IMG/VR virus record: IMGVR_UViG_3300043039_000148
Location: 1 to 28,194 of that record
DNA: 28,194 nt
Strand: one strand, 5' to 3'
Source: a virus
Lineage: Duplodnaviria > Caudoviricetes
The notes beneath the pieces are model-generated. The model searched no databases and was not told the origin of the DNA. It saw nothing but the letters and a program-made list of their open reading frames with translations. Made by a program: the position numbers and the translations under genes. Positions 26,079 to 28,194 of the stretch are shown here, in pieces; the first letter of the stretch is position 1, and every line of letters begins with the position of its first letter.

Positions 26079-26195
26079 TTACTTAAACCTCTTTTCTTTC
26101 AAATCTTTATCCCATGTTTTCCTATCTATAATTTTAATAATAAGAAATATGAATAATATTGCTAGTATTCCACTTCCTAATGTTTCAATGTTCAT
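26079..26195 (-). CDS. Small single-TM protein, 38 aa (MNIETLGSGILAILFIFLIIKIIDRKTWDKDLKEKRFK)
   Basis: ATGA overlap with the upstream gene and AAAGGA RBS. Confidence 0.6.
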   Translation of the reverse strand: MNIETLGSGILAILFIFLIIKIIDRKTWDKDLKEKRFK

Positions 26196-26848
26196 GATTC
26201 TATCCTTTCAAACTCATATACAAATACATAAGGGTTATCTTCCCATTTGTAGCCTTGTTTTGATGTTGAGTTCCATAGGTCTATCCACCATTCAAAACAA
26301 AAATCAGGTTCTCCAATTTCTTCTGCTCGAATAACATCCATAGGACTACCCTCTTTGCTAATATCATTTAAACTAATATCCTGCAACCTCTCAACTCTTA
26401 CATTTGTAACTTTTAGGAAGATACGAGCAAATTTCTTAGGCATATGGATAGATGGTTTCCATTTAATTAATTCTGCAAAATTACTTTGATTAATATTTGC
26501 ATGATTTATTTCATTCTCATAATATAAAATTTCAATATCATCACTTAATGGAATATCTTGTTTATTTCTAATATTATCCCCATATTGGAATGTTTCTCTT
26601 ACATAAAGAATATCATCTACTCTAATTCGAGAATGTTTAATCATTTCTTTTTTAAGTTCAGGATGGTTTTCTTTATCCATATCACAATAATTCTTAGCTA
26701 CTTCAATACAAAGTTCATTCATAGGCTCATATAAATATTCTCCATAAGGAATAACTCTCCTAGTATGTATTTTTCTACCGTCTAAAATAGCCTTAACCAT
26801 TTCAGTATTGAATAGTATTGGTTTTGCTTTTTCTAATAAATCAAACAT
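26192..26848 (-). CDS. Conserved phage protein, ASCH/PUA-like
   Basis: KPILFNTEMVKAILDGRK..TRR, LYVRETF, WKPSIHMP...ARIFLKVT.VRVERLQDIS, W..NP.V.V.EF. Confidence 0.8.
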   Translation of the reverse strand: MFDLLEKAKPILFNTEMVKAILDGRKIHTRRVIPYGEYLYEPMNELCIEVAKNYCDMDKENHPELKKEMIKHSRIRVDDILYVRETFQYGDNIRNKQDIPLSDDIEILYYENEINHANINQSNFAELIKWKPSIHMPKKFARIFLKVTNVRVERLQDISLNDISKEGSPMDVIRAEEIGEPDFCFEWWIDLWNSTSKQGYKWEDNPYVFVYEFERIES

Positions 26849-26849
26849 A

Positions 26850-26954
26850 TTAAACCTTTCCTATTTTTGTTAAATAATTATCCAATCTTCCTATACAAAA
26901 CCCAAAGGCAAATATTAAGATAAATGCTAGGGCTGTTAAAATTTCTATTAACAT
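26850..26954 (-). CDS. Small single-TM protein, 34 aa (MLIEILTALAFILIFAFGFCIGRLDNYLTKIGKV)
   Basis: AAGGA RBS; exactly fills the gap between its neighbours. Confidence 0.6.
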   Translation of the reverse strand: MLIEILTALAFILIFAFGFCIGRLDNYLTKIGKV

Positions 26955-27223
26955 GATTTATCCTTGTTTATATTTTTTTCATATCTTCTTATAAAAACTT
27001 TCCCAAGTTCTGTTAATTCTTTATTAATGCCACTTTTTGCATCAATTAAAAAACCACCTGTAGTCATTATGTGATAAGCAGTACTACCACTCCAATATCC
27101 ATTGATTTGGTCGTTTAGATTTTTATATAGTTGTTTTTTCATAGTGTTAATATTTTCTTTAACTCTATTTCCGGACCAATTTTCTATAAACAATTTATGA
27201 ATAATATAATCTATATCGCTCAT
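26948..27223 (-). CDS. Hypothetical protein, 91 aa
   Basis: AAGGAG RBS. No family recognised. Confidence 0.7.
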   Translation of the reverse strand: MSDIDYIIHKLFIENWSGNRVKENINTMKKQLYKNLNDQINGYWSGSTAYHIMTTGGFLIDAKSGINKELTELGKVFIRRYEKNINKDKSC

Positions 27224-27372
27224 ATCTTCTCCTTAATATATAATCTCAATAGAGCCTACTTAAAGAAGTAGGTCTCTCAAAGATTAAATCATAAATGATT
27301 CAACACCTTTACTTCCCTCACAAACATCTAATGTTATTTCTATTTTTTCCATTTTCATTTTTTCCCTTTTTT

Positions 27373-27582
27373 TTAATAATCATCTCTAAATATATAACCA
27401 CAGTCTTTGCACTCTTCTTCATAGATAGTAACTCCACCACAAAGAAAGTTATAAGAACTGCACTTTGGGCATTTTGATTTTTCTTTTATTCTAATATCAA
27501 CATTAAAAAGTGTATTATCAGGTTGATTTTTTACATTTTCAATATTTAGTAATAAAAGATTTAATAGCTTTTGCTTATTCAT
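27373..27582 (-). CDS. Hypothetical zinc-ribbon protein
   Basis: CPKC...CKDCG; AAGGAG RBS. Confidence 0.7.
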   Translation of the reverse strand: MNKQKLLNLLLLNIENVKNQPDNTLFNVDIRIKEKSKCPKCSSYNFLCGGVTIYEEECKDCGYIFRDDY

Positions 27583-27748
27583 TCACTCTCCTTATATGTA
27601 AATTTTTTGATGATCCTAATCTAACTCCATTTGGTACTAACATTGGATTTTGTTTTTCTAAATCTTTCTCTTCATTTGTTCTCTTTAGTTCCTGCAGCTT
27701 ATATGGTTTTGTGATCGGTTTACTTTTTATTATGATTGCTTTGCACAT
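27575..27748 (-). CDS. Hypothetical protein, 57 aa (MCKAIIIKSKPITKPYKLQ...HIRRVNE)
   Basis: AAAGGA RBS; the stop overlaps the zinc-ribbon gene start. Likely first gene of the leftward unit. Confidence 0.6.
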   Translation of the reverse strand: MCKAIIIKSKPITKPYKLQELKRTNEEKDLEKQNPMLVPNGVRLGSSKNLHIRRVNE

Positions 27749-27775
27749 GGTTTTCCTTTCCTTTTTTTGTATAGT

Positions 27776-27861
27776 TATTCCATATAAAAACCACCACAGT
27801 ATTAAAAAAAATCGAAATCTCCTTTGTATTTGTAGTTTTGTGGTGGCTTATATATGGAATA
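27776..27861 (-). promoter_or_regulatory. Long stem-loop in the leader of the leftward operon
   Basis: TATTCCATATA-N4-CCACCACA (27776-27798) pairs with TGTGGTGG-N4-TATATGGAATA (27839-27861); 40-nt loop. Confidence 0.65.
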
Positions 27862-28000
27862 GAGTCTTTTTTTTAAATAAGTTCTTCTATAAATATGTGT
27901 AAATATTTATAAATAGTATTACTTTTTGTAATTTTTTTGTGTAAATACTTTACAAATTGAATGAGTTTATAAAGTTAACCGGCTAAGAGGATCAAATATA

Positions 28001-28029
28001 TTGACATTGTAAAAGTAATTTTATATACT
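28001..28029 (+). promoter_or_regulatory. Near-consensus sigma70 promoter
   Basis: TTGACA at 28001-28006, 17 bp spacer, TATACT at 28024-28029. Confidence 0.8.
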
Positions 28030-28034
28030 CGCAT

Positions 28035-28193
28035 TACAGAAAGACTCGTCGTCGTTGCCGTCAATCAGTTGGTTACTTATTGATATTCTGTAGCTAGATT
28101 AAACAGTGAAAAGTCAAAAGCTAGAAAAATTAGCATAGTCTAATTATATTGGAATCTAAAGCCTGAAGCAATTTTGCTTTGGGCTTTTTTTTT
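28035..28193 (+). ncRNA. Putative structured small RNA (~155 nt), family not recognised
   Basis: Bounded by the promoter and an intrinsic terminator, contains no ATG, and folds by eye into two bulged stem-loop domains. Confidence 0.65.
28158..28193 (+). terminator. Rho-independent terminator
   Basis: AAAGCCTGAAGCA-ATTT-TGCTTTGGGC followed by a long T run. The G:U pairs form only on the + strand. Confidence 0.85.
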
Positions 28194-28194
28194 G

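Noticed and set aside
27251-27277. Hairpin AGAG-CCTACTT-AAAG-AAGTAGG-T-CTCT as a terminator
   Set aside because: The stem is real but has no U-tract on either strand, so no function can be assigned.
26059-27902. Plus-strand ORFs 26059-26334, 27295-27477 and 27510-27902
   Set aside because: They are antisense to a coherent chain of RBS-bearing minus-strand genes.
28052-28062. TCGTTGCCGTC in the sRNA resembles TCGTTGCTGTC at the VR 3' end (12500-12510); possible displaced TR
   Set aside because: Only 10 of 11 nt match, the mismatch is not at an adenine, and the flanks are unrelated. A TR would align over about 100 nt.

Overview
The window is AT-rich (roughly 30% GC by eye) and comes from a temperate tailed phage, probably of a Campylobacterota host such as Arcobacteraceae (inferred from composition and gene style). 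The + strand (1-20661) carries a late operon: lambda-type terminase large subunit (5' end outside the window), an inserted XRE/antirepressor module, lambda-like portal, protease-major capsid fusion, a P2-like contractile tail and baseplate, and a holin/transglycosylase/spanin lysis cassette. The - strand (20684-27748) carries a P4-type integrase, an apparently intact attP whose core copies a tmRNA 3' end, an AlpA excisionase, YopX-like genes, a DNA methyltransferase and small ORFs. Highlights: (1) a decayed diversity-generating retroelement after the Mtd-like tail fibre, where avd is joined to the RT C-terminus at a ~10 bp apparent microhomology and TR plus the RT core are missing; (2) an ORF-less ~155 nt RNA at the right end with a near-consensus promoter, a terminator and two structurally parallel bulged-hairpin domains; (3) several unannotated hydrophobic micro-ORFs running antisense to the main operons. 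All homology calls are by eye and from memory; no database search was run.
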